24,000 nucleotides of DNA from positions 70,931 to 94,930 of the forward strand of contig SOIM01000020.1 in assembly GCA_004377185.1 (NCBI GenBank), in the 5' to 3' direction. The notes beneath the pieces are model-generated. The model was not told where the DNA came from. It ran no database searches and saw only the letters and a list, made by a program, of their open reading frames with translations. The translations under genes were made by a program, and so were the position numbers. Numbering within the stretch: the stretch's first letter is position 1; each line of letters begins with the position of its first letter. This DNA is from Methanomassiliicoccales archaeon (lineage in GTDB: Archaea > Thermoplasmatota > Thermoplasmata > RBG-16-68-12 > SOIM01). Below are positions 1 through 8,784 of this stretch, piece by piece.

Positions 1-870
1 GATTGCTGGCGCAATGACGGACTTGCCAATCATCTCCCTTCCTTTGACCTTCCCGATGATATTCACTTCGTGCTTCTGCTCCTTCAATTTCTCCGCACAC
101 TGTTCGTTAATGATCCAGGTCTCCCCGTCCACATCAGCTTCCACGTATTCGACTTCGGGATCCAGCCAAAGGTTGGTCTGACCATACACAGTCTCCGGTC
201 TCAGGGTCGCGGCAAGAAGGTACTTCCCTTCTAACTCGAACTTGAGCAGCGTGAACTCGGAAGGGGTCTCTCCCTCTCCGCTGATCCTGTCGTGGTCCCC
301 CACCACCGTCTGATCCTTCGGACACCAGACCACCGGATGCTCACCGAGTCGGACGTAGCCCAATTCCTTCAACCGAGTGAACTGCCACCTGACGAACTTG
401 TCATAATGCGGGTTGGCACTTGTGGTAATGAATGTCCTGGACCAGTCCGTGCAGAGCCCGAACCTGGTGATGTCCTTTCTGGCCTCGGCCGGAAAATACT
501 TGACCCAGTAGTTCTCGTCCGCAAAGAGAGGTATCTGTTCCTCGGGTATTCCCGTACTCTTCATGAGCTCGATCTGTCGGGGCTCCCCTTCCTTGATCCG
601 TCTTGCTGCCGCCACGATTGGCATGCCCGTGCAGTGGAAGGCGTAAGGGAACAGAACGTTGAAACCCTTCATTCTCTTGTAACGGGACATTATCTCGGGA
701 TGCAGGTTAGTGACCGCCTGTCCTAAGTGAAGAAAACCGTTCACGTAAGGGTAGGGTGTGTTCGCAAAATACTTGGGTCTACTATCGTCTGCTCGGACCT
801 CAAAGACCTTGTCTTCCAGCCACTTCCTCTGCCATTTCTCTTCTGCTTTTCTTGGATCGTATTCCGTCAT
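1..870 (-). CDS. leuS: Leucyl-tRNA synthetase, N-terminal part (runs off the window)
   Basis: Reverse-strand translation from ATG at 870: MTEYDPRKAEEKWQKRWLEDKVFEVRADDSRPKYFANTPYPYVNGFLHLGQAVTNLHPEIMSRYKRMKGFNVLFPYAFHCTGMPI..., a class I aaRS HIGH-like (HLGQ) region typical of archaeal LeuRS. Not in the supplied ORF list, probably because it is incomplete at the window edge. Confidence 0.93.
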   Translation of the reverse strand, partial: MTEYDPRKAEEKWQRKWLEDKVFEVRADDSRPKYFANTPYPYVNGFLHLGQAVTNLHPEIMSRYKRMKGFNVLFPYAFHCTGMPIVAAARRIKEGEPRQIELMKSTGIPEEQIPLFADENYWVKYFPAEARKDITRFGLCTDWSRTFITTSANPHYDKFVRWQFTRLKELGYVRLGEHPVVWCPKDQTVVGDHDRISGEGETPSEFTLLKFELEGKYLLAATLRPETVYGQTNLWLDPEVEYVEADVDGETWIINEQCAEKLKEQKHEVNIIGKVKGREMIGKSVIAPAI

Positions 871-1059
871 TTCCGCGTCTTCGGGAGTAATGAAATCTCG
901 GGTTATAGTTTTTGTTCGGAGGGACCTCTTTGTCACACAAAATAAGACAAAAGCAACTCTTATATACCACGTCTCCTATACACCTTTGAACGTCCTAATC
1001 TTCTAAAAAAATGGTAGGACAATCGTCATACTGAACCTTGAGATTTCGGCGGTGGATGA

Positions 1060-1443
1060 ATGGAGCAACCTAAAGGCAGAGTAACACTTCGCATGGAATC
1101 CAGTAACGTGAAAAGGATGGACACGTTCTTGGACGAGAACAGGGACTTCGACAGCAGGTCACAGCTCATGAGAGCGGCTCTCGAGAACTACATCGACCTT
1201 TTGGAGAGGAAAAGTGACGAAGTGGTTGTCAAGCTCGGTGGGTCTTCCCTGGAGATCATAGACGAGTTCGTGGACGCGGGATATTACGTCTCTCGTTCCG
1301 AAGGGGTCGCGGAAGCGGTAAGGAAATATTTTGACAAGAATATCGTGAACAAAATCCGCGAGGACCTCATTGCAATAGGGAAGGCAACAAACAAAATCCC
1401 CACTGTCAGGCTCAGGGACAGAGATGGATACCTTTCCCCATAA
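1060..1443 (+). CDS. Protein with two ribbon-helix-helix (RHH)-like domains
   Basis: VTLRMESSNVKRMDTFLDENRDFDSRSQLMRAALENYIDL and VVVKLGGSSLEIIDEFVDAGYYVSRSEGVAEAVRKYF both match the RHH pattern (short strand, then helix, then SRSE/SRSQ + (V/M)RxA). The start could instead be ATG 1093. Confidence 0.75.
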   Translation: MEQPKGRVTLRMESSNVKRMDTFLDENRDFDSRSQLMRAALENYIDLLERKSDEVVVKLGGSSLEIIDEFVDAGYYVSRSEGVAEAVRKYFDKNIVNKIREDLIAIGKATNKIPTVRLRDRDGYLSP

Positions 1444-1634
1444 TTCATTGGGACGTTAACACACACTCGCCAGAAAGTTTGGAAGGATCGAACATCCCGA
1501 AAAAAAGGGATTGTGTCGATGGGATGCACTCTAGGCAGAAACTAGGGATGGGATGCACTCTTCCGGACCCGAACTTTCTGGCTCCCTAACCCCACCGGCC
1601 GAAAGGCACAGAAACACCTACGTGGAGGCAATGG

Positions 1635-2429
1635 ATGAACGCAGTAACGCAAGAGAACATGGTCAGCAGAGTGGTCAGCACGCTGTATACGGACACACTG
1701 GATTCCAGTGTCTGTGTGTTGGGATGTGGCGGTGCTGGTTGCAACATAGTGAGCTCAGTGCACGAGAAAGGCATTGAAAGCGTTCGGACGATAGCAATGA
1801 ACGTGGACGGACAGGCCCTTGAGAGGACGCAAGCGGATGTAAGGATATGCCTCAATAGAAAGAGGAAGCCCAAGCCCGGGACGCTCGACTATTATGACGA
1901 CTACACCTGGTTGTGCGATGCGGCTAGTGCAGAAGCGATGGAAGCCGTGGAGTCCGGAATCCTTTTCCTCGTGTCGGGAATGGGAGGGAAGACGGGAACT
2001 TCGCTGGCGCCCGCGATTGCCAAGGCCGCGGAGAGAAAGGGCATAGTGACGGTTGTAATCGCGATTGCTCCGTTCTCTGTCGAAGGAAGGTCCGAGACAT
2101 CGGAAAGGGGAATCCAGGAGCTGCAACAGCACTCGGAATGTCTGGTTACTCTGGAGAACGACTCGCTCCTCGAGATCGGGACGGATCTGCCCTTCAACCA
2201 GTTGATGCACGTCATCGACGAAATGGTCGTAAAGATAGTGGAGACCGCGGTGAACTGGATATCCCGCTCCTTCTTGGCAACGATCTTCGGTGAAGCGGAT
2301 TCGGTCGCAAAGGAGATGGTCGGCAGACAGGAAATCGACAGCGGTCTGATAAGACCTCCTGTTGGTTCAGTTGAGGCTCGAGTAGACCCGATCGCAATCG
2401 AATCGAATGGACAGATACTCAGGAGATAG
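1635..2429 (+). CDS. Divergent FtsZ/tubulin-superfamily GTPase, short form
   Basis: VCVLGCGGAGCNIVSSV, NVDGQAL and SGMGGKTGTSLAPAIA (compare FtsZ GMGGGTGTGAAP), plus ENDSLLEI. Only ~80 aa follow this, with no recognisable NLDFAD T7 loop. Confidence 0.8.
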   Translation: MNAVTQENMVSRVVSTLYTDTLDSSVCVLGCGGAGCNIVSSVHEKGIESVRTIAMNVDGQALERTQADVRICLNRKRKPKPGTLDYYDDYTWLCDAASAEAMEAVESGILFLVSGMGGKTGTSLAPAIAKAAERKGIVTVVIAIAPFSVEGRSETSERGIQELQQHSECLVTLENDSLLEIGTDLPFNQLMHVIDEMVVKIVETAVNWISRSFLATIFGEADSVAKEMVGRQEIDSGLIRPPVGSVEARVDPIAIESNGQILRR

Positions 2430-2516
2430 GATAGCGGAACTAGCAAGACCATTCTTCTAGCTCGCTCCAGGCATTACTATTTATGCTATTTTGTCTATAG
2501 CAGTGGGGGTGATGGA

Positions 2517-2936
2517 TTGGCTTTTTATGCCGATACAATTGAGTTCCATACCAAGGGAGAAGTGGACATAAAGGACATCACGAACGATGTTGTTGGGATT
2601 GTGAAAGAATCAGGACTGAACAACGGCATTGCCTGTGTCTTCACACCGAGTTCTACAAGCGCAATTACCACGATCGAATACGAACCAGGGCTTCTGAGGG
2701 ACCTTCCCGACGCTCTGGAAAAGCTGTTCCCGAAGAAGGCTCGGTATGAACACGAGATGAGATGGCATGACGGTAACGGGCATTCGCACGTGAGGGCTTC
2801 CTTCATGAGCCCCAGTCTCAGCATTCCTTTCGTTGATGGGAATCCGGTCCTGGGCACATGGCAGCAAATCGTCTTCGTGGAACTCGACAATAAGGCGAGG
2901 AACAGGAAATTGCTCGTTCATCTGGTTGGGGAATGA
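2517..2936 (+). CDS. YjbQ / UPF0047 family protein
   Basis: 139 aa; ...GIACVFTPSSTSAITTIEYEPGLLRDL...YEHEMRWHDGNGHSHVRASFMSPSLSIPFVDGNPVLGTWQQIVFVELDN.. matches the conserved YjbQ core (HNDxNxxSHxxAxLxGxSxxIPxxxGxLxLGTWQxIxxxExD). Confidence 0.9.
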   Translation: MAFYADTIEFHTKGEVDIKDITNDVVGIVKESGLNNGIACVFTPSSTSAITTIEYEPGLLRDLPDALEKLFPKKARYEHEMRWHDGNGHSHVRASFMSPSLSIPFVDGNPVLGTWQQIVFVELDNKARNRKLLVHLVGE

Positions 2937-3013
2937 TGTTGGTCAATTCGGAAAGAGAATCTTTTTAAGAAGTTAGGGAATAGGGCCAAGTGGAATAGGG
3001 GAGGTGTCCGGGA

Positions 3014-3880
3014 ACGACAGAGGACGTACAGAACCGGAAAGCCGAGAAAGGGTTCAAGCTGACGAGAGTGGGTGTCACTGGTGTAAGAAAACCGGTACAG
3101 GTACAGAGACCGGACAAGGCCGTGACGCTGAACATTGTCGTAGATGCGTTCGTGGACCTTCCTTCCAACATGAAAGGTTCTCATCTGTCGAGAAACGTGG
3201 AAGTAATCGGGGAGATAGTGGACGAGAGCGTGAGGGAGCCCGTTTCCAGCATCGAGAATCTGACTCTACTGATCTGCCGTTCGCTTCTCGAGAGGCATGA
3301 ATACGCTTCCCTGTCCGAGGCCAGGACCATAGCCGACTACTTCCTTGAGCGGAAGACGCCCATGGGCAAGAAGAGCCTGGAGGGTTACAAGATTTTCGCT
3401 TGTGCCAAGGTGAGAAGGGGGGATGGCCTGACCGCTGAGAGAAGGATAGGCGTTGAGGTGGTGGGAATGACGGCTTGTCCCTGTGCCATGGAGACAATCA
3501 AGGATTCCCTGTCCGTCCAAGTGGAGAACCTACCCATAATCACACATAACCAGAGGAACAAAACGACAATCGAAATGGACGTTCCAAACGGCTTCGAGAT
3601 TGAGGCCGATGACCTGATTGAGATGGTGGAGAACGCCATGAGCAGTCCTACCTATGAGATTCTGAAAAGGGAGGATGAAGCCGAGGTCGTTCGGAGGGCG
3701 CACGACAATCCGAAATTCGTGGAGGATGTCGTCAGGGACATTCTTTCATCTATTCTGGACAAGTATGCTGATTTTCCAGACGATGTTGCTGTCCGTGTGA
3801 GAAGTGAGAGCGAGGAGTCCATCCACAAACACAATGCATTTGCTGAACGGGATACGACTTTTAGGGAGTTGAGGCTGTGA
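3014..3880 (+). CDS. mptA: GTP cyclohydrolase MptA (FolE2/MptA type); N-terminus probably begins at a non-canonical ACG, fallback start GTG 3068
   Basis: LTRVGVTGVRKPVQVQR...GSHLSRNVE...ACAKVRRGDGLTAERRIGVEVVGMTACPCAM...ITHNQRNKTT..., typical MptA motifs. The in-frame region 3014-3067 reads (T)TEDVQNRKAEKGFKLT and is homologous-looking but has no ATG/GTG/TTG. Confidence 0.85.
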   Translation, partial: TTEDVQNRKAEKGFKLTRVGVTGVRKPVQVQRPDKAVTLNIVVDAFVDLPSNMKGSHLSRNVEVIGEIVDESVREPVSSIENLTLLICRSLLERHEYASLSEARTIADYFLERKTPMGKKSLEGYKIFACAKVRRGDGLTAERRIGVEVVGMTACPCAMETIKDSLSVQVENLPIITHNQRNKTTIEMDVPNGFEIEADDLIEMVENAMSSPTYEILKREDEAEVVRRAHDNPKFVEDVVRDILSSILDKYADFPDDVAVRVRSESEESIHKHNAFAERDTTFRELRL

Positions 3881-4173
3881 GTAAGAAATTGCTGGTTCGC
3901 GTGAGAGAGATTAAGGGCAGTTGTAGCATGTTCAAAGAAGGTGATGAGTTCACAATCGAAGGGGCGAGCTTGAAGATCGAGACCGGAAAAGCTGTGTGCA
4001 TTCATTCGTTGCCAACGCTTCTTCATTTCTCCATGGCATTGAGGGAGGGCGCTGATCCGGTGGAATTGGGTCTTGCCAAAGAGGGAAACAAGGCCTACCT
4101 CCGATGTCCAGATCCGGGTGAACCGTACACCAACGGCGGAGGAGTCATCTTCGAGATTGAACGCGTGGACTGA
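3877..4173 (+). CDS. Small conserved protein, TIGR04076-like
   Basis: GTG start overlapping the mptA stop. VRVREIKGSCSMFKEGDEFTIEG...CIHSLPTLLHFSMALREGADPVELGLAKEGNKAYLRCPDPGEPYTNGGGVIFEIE. Confidence 0.75.
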   Translation: MSKKLLVRVREIKGSCSMFKEGDEFTIEGASLKIETGKAVCIHSLPTLLHFSMALREGADPVELGLAKEGNKAYLRCPDPGEPYTNGGGVIFEIERVD

Positions 4174-4212
4174 GAAAAAGTAATATCTATCAGTTGTGCA
4201 TAGGTGACTGAG

Positions 4213-4377
4213 ATGTCACTCGTAGGGGTTTGCTCAATCTGTTCGGGTCCTGCTATGAACACCTGCCGAATGTGCGGCAAGCTCGCTTGTAGGGGGCACT
4301 ACGATCCAGCGACCGGACTGTGTGTGAACTGCGCACAGAAGAAAGGACCTGGTGAACCAATGGTCCCGTTGAAATGA
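4213..4377 (+). CDS. 54-aa zinc-finger microprotein (HIT/B-box-like spacing)
   Basis: ATG..TGA encodes MSLVGVCSICSGPAMNTCRMCGKLACRGHYDPATGLCVNCAQKKGPGEPMVPLK. Spacing is Cx2Cx7Cx2Cx4Cx2Hx7Cx2C. It is below the ORF-track length cutoff. Confidence 0.7.
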   Translation: MSLVGVCSICSGPAMNTCRMCGKLACRGHYDPATGLCVNCAQKKGPGEPMVPLK

Positions 4378-4410
4378 TTCTTTTTGGGGAATGTTTGCAG
4401 GAATTCTCCG

Positions 4411-4899
4411 TTAGAGCAATCTCTTGGCTTCTTTGGGTTCTAGGTCTATCGCTTTCAGAAGGTAGGTCAACGCCTTAGAGACAATTATGTCCTTTGTCTG
4501 GTCGTCCAGGTATTGCTCCATTATGACGGGTGCCATACTGGAATACTGGATTGCGAACTCGGTGTAGTAGTAAGGAGCGTTCTCCGGATCCACTTGTGCG
4601 GCTTCACTCAGAAGTCTCTCGGCCTCGTTGAAATGACCGTCGTTCATGCAGTAGAGCGCGTAGGCTTCCATGTACTGAGGGTTCTTCGGATCCAGCTGGA
4701 TCGCCTTCTGATACCAGGTCCCCACGTTCTCCTTCTTGACCTTCGGCATTCCAATAGCAGACTCCGCTTTCCCGAAATATGCAAGGGCGTTGCTTTCATC
4801 GATCTTCACGGCCTTGTCAAAATGCTTGTATGCGCTCTTATAATCCAAACCGTTCAGGAATCTCTCCCCTTTTGCTATTTCCTCGTCCGCCGTACTCAT
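4411..4899 (-). CDS. TPR-repeat protein
   Basis: 162 aa with tandem TPR signatures: YKSAYKHFDKAVKIDESNALAYFGKA, TWYQKAIQLDPKNPQYMEAYALY, GHFNEAERLLSEAAQVDPENAPYY. Confidence 0.85.
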   Translation of the reverse strand: MSTADEEIAKGERFLNGLDYKSAYKHFDKAVKIDESNALAYFGKAESAIGMPKVKKENVGTWYQKAIQLDPKNPQYMEAYALYCMNDGHFNEAERLLSEAAQVDPENAPYYYTEFAIQYSSMAPVIMEQYLDDQTKDIIVSKALTYLLKAIDLEPKEAKRLL

Positions 4900-4981
4900 T
4901 TGAAACCCTCAGACATGAATGAAAATTCTTTGAAGATAAAGGTTTTGCTGTTGGTTCTCGGATGTGAGAATACCTTCTTTG

Positions 4982-6523
4982 CTACACGCGGGGCAACCTG
5001 GAGTTCCTGAGCCAGTCAATGTCGCTTACGTAGATGTCCCTTATGTCCTCGATCCCTTCGCTCGCCATCACGATCCTTTCCAGCCCCAACCCCCAGGCAA
5101 GTACTGGGTGCTTGATCCCGAAAGGATGCGTCACCTCGGGCCGGAAGATGCCAGATCCTCCGAGCTCCATCCACTGGTCCTTGAAATAGACCTCCACCTC
5201 CATGCTGGGCTCGGTATATGGAAAGAAACCGGGTCTAACTCGTATCTTCTCGAAACCCATCTTCCTGTAGAACTCCCTCAGGATTCCTATCAACATGGCA
5301 AGGTTCGCATTCTCCACCATCACGATGCCTTCCACCTGTTGGAACTCATCCAGGTTCTTCCAGGTTATCGTCTCTCTACGGAATATCCTGCCGATGGTGA
5401 AGACCTTGACAGGGGGATCGGGGTGCTCAGAGAGATACTTGATGCTGTTCACCGTTGTGTGGGTCCTCAAGATGGTCTTCTCCGCCTCCTGGACATCCCA
5501 GTCATAACCCCATCCATCCGAATCTATGTCGCCTCCCTTCTCGTGCATTTCTTGGACTCTCTTGACTAGCTCTGCGTCAGGGAGTGGGAGCTTCTCTGGG
5601 TTCTGGACGTAGAAGGTGTCCTGCATGTCCCGTGCCGGATGGTCCTGTGGCTGGAAGAGTGCATCGAAGTCCCAGAATGCCAGCTCTACGAAATCTCCTT
5701 CAATCTCTTTGAAACCCATCTCAGAGAAGACCCTTCTGACCTTCTCAATGTACTGGCTGAGGGGGTGCTTCCTTCCTCCGTAGAGTGATGGTGCGAATGT
5801 TCCTACGTCATACTTCCTGAAACCGACCTCCTTCCACTTTCCAGATGATATCAATTCGGGCGTGAGCTGTGCTACTTCTTCTTTGAGTTCGATCCCTATC
5901 GACAGCACTTCCTTTCCCAGCGGGGTCAAGGCCACCTCCCTTCGTACGATCTCTCTTTCCTTGACCACGTCCTTACGGGACAAAAGCATCTTGATGATGA
6001 CCGGTTCGACCTCCAGTTCCGTCACCTCACCCTTTCCGAGTGAACGGATGAGCTCCTCGTCCTTTCCGACAGTCGAGACTGACTCTTTGCCTTTCTCGGT
6101 TATCTTGATGACGGTTGCTCCGTCCTCCCTCTCCACCGTCGCCCATCCCTTCTTCCTCATCCAACCGACCGCAATCGGAACCTCGTTCTCGGTGACTTTG
6201 CCGCTTCTCTTGAGCTCGTCGATTGTCAGTACGCCATGCCTCTTTCTCAGAAGTTTCAGAGCTCTACGCTCTGGAAGGTTCTTGGTCGCCCACTTCTTCT
6301 TCGCGAGGGAGTATCTTCGGGTGGGTTTCTCTTCCATTGTTACGAGGTTCTTGGACCTGAGCCAGGAGGATGCGTTCATGACCTCAACCAGTTCTTTGAA
6401 CTTACCCTCTCTCTGTATCTCCTCGGGCGTGGCTTTCTTCAAATCCTTAAGCGTGAGAAGGACCTTCTTCTCCAGATAGCTGAGTTCCTCAACAATGTCC
6501 TCAAGGTCAGGTTTGTCAGTCAA
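4982..6523 (-). CDS. pheS: Phenylalanyl-tRNA synthetase alpha subunit
   Basis: 513 aa; class II core ...HPARDMQDTFYV...HTTVNSIKYL...KVFTIGRIFRRETITWKNLDEFQQVEG...GSGIFRPEVTHPFGIKHPVLAWGLGLERIVM; N-terminal wHTH repeats. Confidence 0.96.
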   Translation of the reverse strand: MTDKPDLEDIVEELSYLEKKVLLTLKDLKKATPEEIQREGKFKELVEVMNASSWLRSKNLVTMEEKPTRRYSLAKKKWATKNLPERRALKLLRKRHGVLTIDELKRSGKVTENEVPIAVGWMRKKGWATVEREDGATVIKITEKGKESVSTVGKDEELIRSLGKGEVTELEVEPVIIKMLLSRKDVVKEREIVRREVALTPLGKEVLSIGIELKEEVAQLTPELISSGKWKEVGFRKYDVGTFAPSLYGGRKHPLSQYIEKVRRVFSEMGFKEIEGDFVELAFWDFDALFQPQDHPARDMQDTFYVQNPEKLPLPDAELVKRVQEMHEKGGDIDSDGWGYDWDVQEAEKTILRTHTTVNSIKYLSEHPDPPVKVFTIGRIFRRETITWKNLDEFQQVEGIVMVENANLAMLIGILREFYRKMGFEKIRVRPGFFPYTEPSMEVEVYFKDQWMELGGSGIFRPEVTHPFGIKHPVLAWGLGLERIVMASEGIEDIRDIYVSDIDWLRNSRLPRV

Positions 6524-6524
6524 C

Positions 6525-7643
6525 TCAATCCCTCAGCATGAAATCCTCCAGGACGTCCCTGGCTTTCTCTCTCTTCTCTTGATGGTCCTTCAAGAACCCC
6601 CAGACGAGCGATATCAAGTGCTGCTTGCACTCTCCGCACATTATGTTGCCCGAACGGCACTCTTCGTACCTGTCCTGAAGCTCCTTGTCGTCCGGAATGA
6701 ATAGATATAGATAATATTTGTAAACGGAACAGATATCAGGATCACCTCCCAATTTCTTCTGCTCCTCGATTGACACCCTGCCGCCCGTGAAGGCATTCTG
6801 CACGCTTTTCTTGATATCATCTTCGGAATCTGTCGTGAATATGCTCGACCCAGGTATGGAAGCCGACATCTTGTCAGAGCCGGTGAGGCTTGGCAACAGT
6901 TTATTGTGCAAAAGCGCTGGCTTGTAGTATCCGAGGTGCTCTGCCGCGTCCCTGGCGATTCGGAAATGGGGGTCCTGGTCTATTCCACACGGGATGAGAC
7001 AGGGTATGTTCTTTCCCTCCAAGACGCTTCCCAGGAAAGCCGGGGCCGCCTGTATGCTGGTGTAGAATATCGAACCTATGTTGTTGCTTTGGGTGAATCC
7101 GAACACCGCCCTAACAGTGGAGAAGGTGACCCTTTTGGCGACCTTGATTGCAATCGGGTAGAGATGATGGATGTACTCGGTATCCAGGAATATGTTCGTC
7201 AGGGACGGATCGAAGCCCAGGGCGATGACATCCAGCGCGTTCTCGTACGCGTATTTCTTGGTGTCCTCCAGAGTCTTGGACTCATCGAACATGAACTTCT
7301 CGTCCTCGGTGAGCTGGAAGTAGAACTTGTTCTTGAAATTGTCCTGAAGCCATTTGCAGAGAATCCAGGGAACGAGATGGCCGATGGTTGTGTGTCCCGA
7401 AGGCCCCCTGCCTGTGTACAGGTAGAAGGTGTTGCCTTTCTCATGCTGCTCCAATATCCAGTTCATGTCTCGATGGGAGTAGAATAACCCTCTTCTGAGC
7501 ATCACATGTAATGGGGATGCGTGCTTCTCGATGTGTTTAAGCAGATCATCGGTCACCTTTTGGGTACCGAATTTCTCGATCAGCTTGTCGTAGTCCACTT
7601 CCCCTCTGACTTCCCATGGGGTTACTATGAAATCCTCTGGCAT
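6525..7643 (-). CDS. trpS: Tryptophanyl-tRNA synthetase
   Basis: 372 aa; YTGRGPSGHTTIGHLVPWILCKWLQ, IPCGIDQDPHFRIARDAAEHLGY, LTGSDKMSAS (KMSKS-like). Confidence 0.95.
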   Translation of the reverse strand: MPEDFIVTPWEVRGEVDYDKLIEKFGTQKVTDDLLKHIEKHASPLHVMLRRGLFYSHRDMNWILEQHEKGNTFYLYTGRGPSGHTTIGHLVPWILCKWLQDNFKNKFYFQLTEDEKFMFDESKTLEDTKKYAYENALDVIALGFDPSLTNIFLDTEYIHHLYPIAIKVAKRVTFSTVRAVFGFTQSNNIGSIFYTSIQAAPAFLGSVLEGKNIPCLIPCGIDQDPHFRIARDAAEHLGYYKPALLHNKLLPSLTGSDKMSASIPGSSIFTTDSEDDIKKSVQNAFTGGRVSIEEQKKLGGDPDICSVYKYYLYLFIPDDKELQDRYEECRSGNIMCGECKQHLISLVWGFLKDHQEKREKARDVLEDFMLRD

Positions 7644-7829
7644 TCAGTTCGCCCTCTTAATAAGCTCACCAATAATAATCCTTCGCCTTTGGTTGGCTCG
7701 GAACAAGCTGGTGATTTCGCTCGGGGATAATTGTGAAGATACTGATTTAAGCATCAGACAAGCTTGTTCTTGGATACGAGCAGGGAACAGATTTGCACCG
7801 ATGTTCGTACAAGAGAAGAAGGTGAAAGA

Positions 7830-8693
7830 ATGAGTGAATGTCCTACGTGTTCAGGTCAATTGGCCTATGTACAACAGTATGAACAGTGGTATTGTTACCA
7901 TTGCCAACAGTATTTCCAACCGGGACCACCGCCAACGCCGGAGCATCAACAACCGCAGCGAGATCCGTATCCAGAGCCACAACCAGATACTCCCACGCCA
8001 CATCCAGGGCCTCAACCACAGACGCCACCGCAACCGGCGCCCGAGTTGCAGATGCAGCCACAACAGCCCCAGATTCAGGTTCAGCAACCGGCGATGCAAC
8101 CGCAACAGCCAATATCTGCCCCCATCTGGTATCAAAACACCTACCGTATCAGGAAGAAAGTCTTGACCATCGGGAACAAGTACTGGATCGAGGACGAGAA
8201 GGGAAACATGTTGGGATTCTCCAAGCAGAAGCTCTTCAAGCTCAAGGAAGACATACGCATATACACGGACGAGACCATGAGCACCGAACTGTTCAGGATT
8301 CAGCAACAGCAAATCCTGGACCTGTGGGGATCCTTTGCGGTCATCGACTCCCAGACGAACCAGAGTCTCGGCACAATCAGAAGAGGTGCTTTGTCTTCGA
8401 AGTTCGTGAGGGATGAATGGGAGGTCTATGACGCTAACGGCCAACTTGTGGGTGGGATATACGAGTCCACGGGGCGAGGACTTGCCAGGAAGTACCTGCC
8501 CGGAGGCGGACTGATACCCGAGAAGATGTCCTTCTCATTGCAGGGTCAGCCCGTGGCCCAGATAAACCAGAAGTTCAAGATCATCGGAGACATCTGGCAT
8601 TTGCACTGCACGCATGTACCTCAGTACTTCGACCGCAGGGTGTTGCTGGCCTGTCTGTTGTTAATGGGAATGATAGAGCGCGACCGCAAGTGA
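7830..8693 (+). CDS. Zinc-ribbon + Pro/Gln-rich linker + LURP-one/scramblase-like domain protein
   Basis: MSECPTCSGQLAYVQQYEQWYCYHCQQYF (CxxC...CxxC), ~90 aa P/Q-rich linker, then YRIRKKVLTIGNKYWIEDEKGNMLGFSKQKLFKLKEDIRIYTD... LOR/Tubby-like beta-sheet protein. The ORF-track start at 7764 is probably too early. Confidence 0.75.
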   Translation: MSECPTCSGQLAYVQQYEQWYCYHCQQYFQPGPPPTPEHQQPQRDPYPEPQPDTPTPHPGPQPQTPPQPAPELQMQPQQPQIQVQQPAMQPQQPISAPIWYQNTYRIRKKVLTIGNKYWIEDEKGNMLGFSKQKLFKLKEDIRIYTDETMSTELFRIQQQQILDLWGSFAVIDSQTNQSLGTIRRGALSSKFVRDEWEVYDANGQLVGGIYESTGRGLARKYLPGGGLIPEKMSFSLQGQPVAQINQKFKIIGDIWHLHCTHVPQYFDRRVLLACLLLMGMIERDRK

Positions 8694-8784
8694 GGTCCTG
8701 GAAACGGGACTTCATCTCTTCAGTTTTCTTCTCCCGAAAGCCTGAAATAGCCTGCGAGAGTTGTCATTCTGGGGTGACGAGCAC

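Noticed and set aside
3004-3300. 98-aa ORF starting at GTG 3004 (MSGNDRGRTEPESRERVQ...)
   Set aside because: Different frame from the clearly homologous MptA coding sequence; composition looks like out-of-frame read-through. A single-base frameshift near 3010 was considered, but the ACG-start explanation fits without an indel.
4964-5569. 201-aa + strand ORF opposite pheS (and similar ORFs opposite trpS, hxlB, endonuclease IV, ribosomal genes and lpd)
   Set aside because: Antisense shadows of strongly conserved genes; no family-like motifs.
7764-7829. Extended N-terminus MFLDTSREQICTDVRTREEGER for the zinc-ribbon protein
   Set aside because: Sequence is not protein-like, and ATG 7830 starts immediately before the zinc ribbon with a GGTG-containing upstream region.
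7834-8444. Overlapping ORFs on other frames/strand (e.g. 7886..8416 +, 7851..8444 -)
   Set aside because: Products of the biased Pro/Gln-rich linker codons and antisense frames; the LURP-like frame has recognisable domain structure and a paralog.
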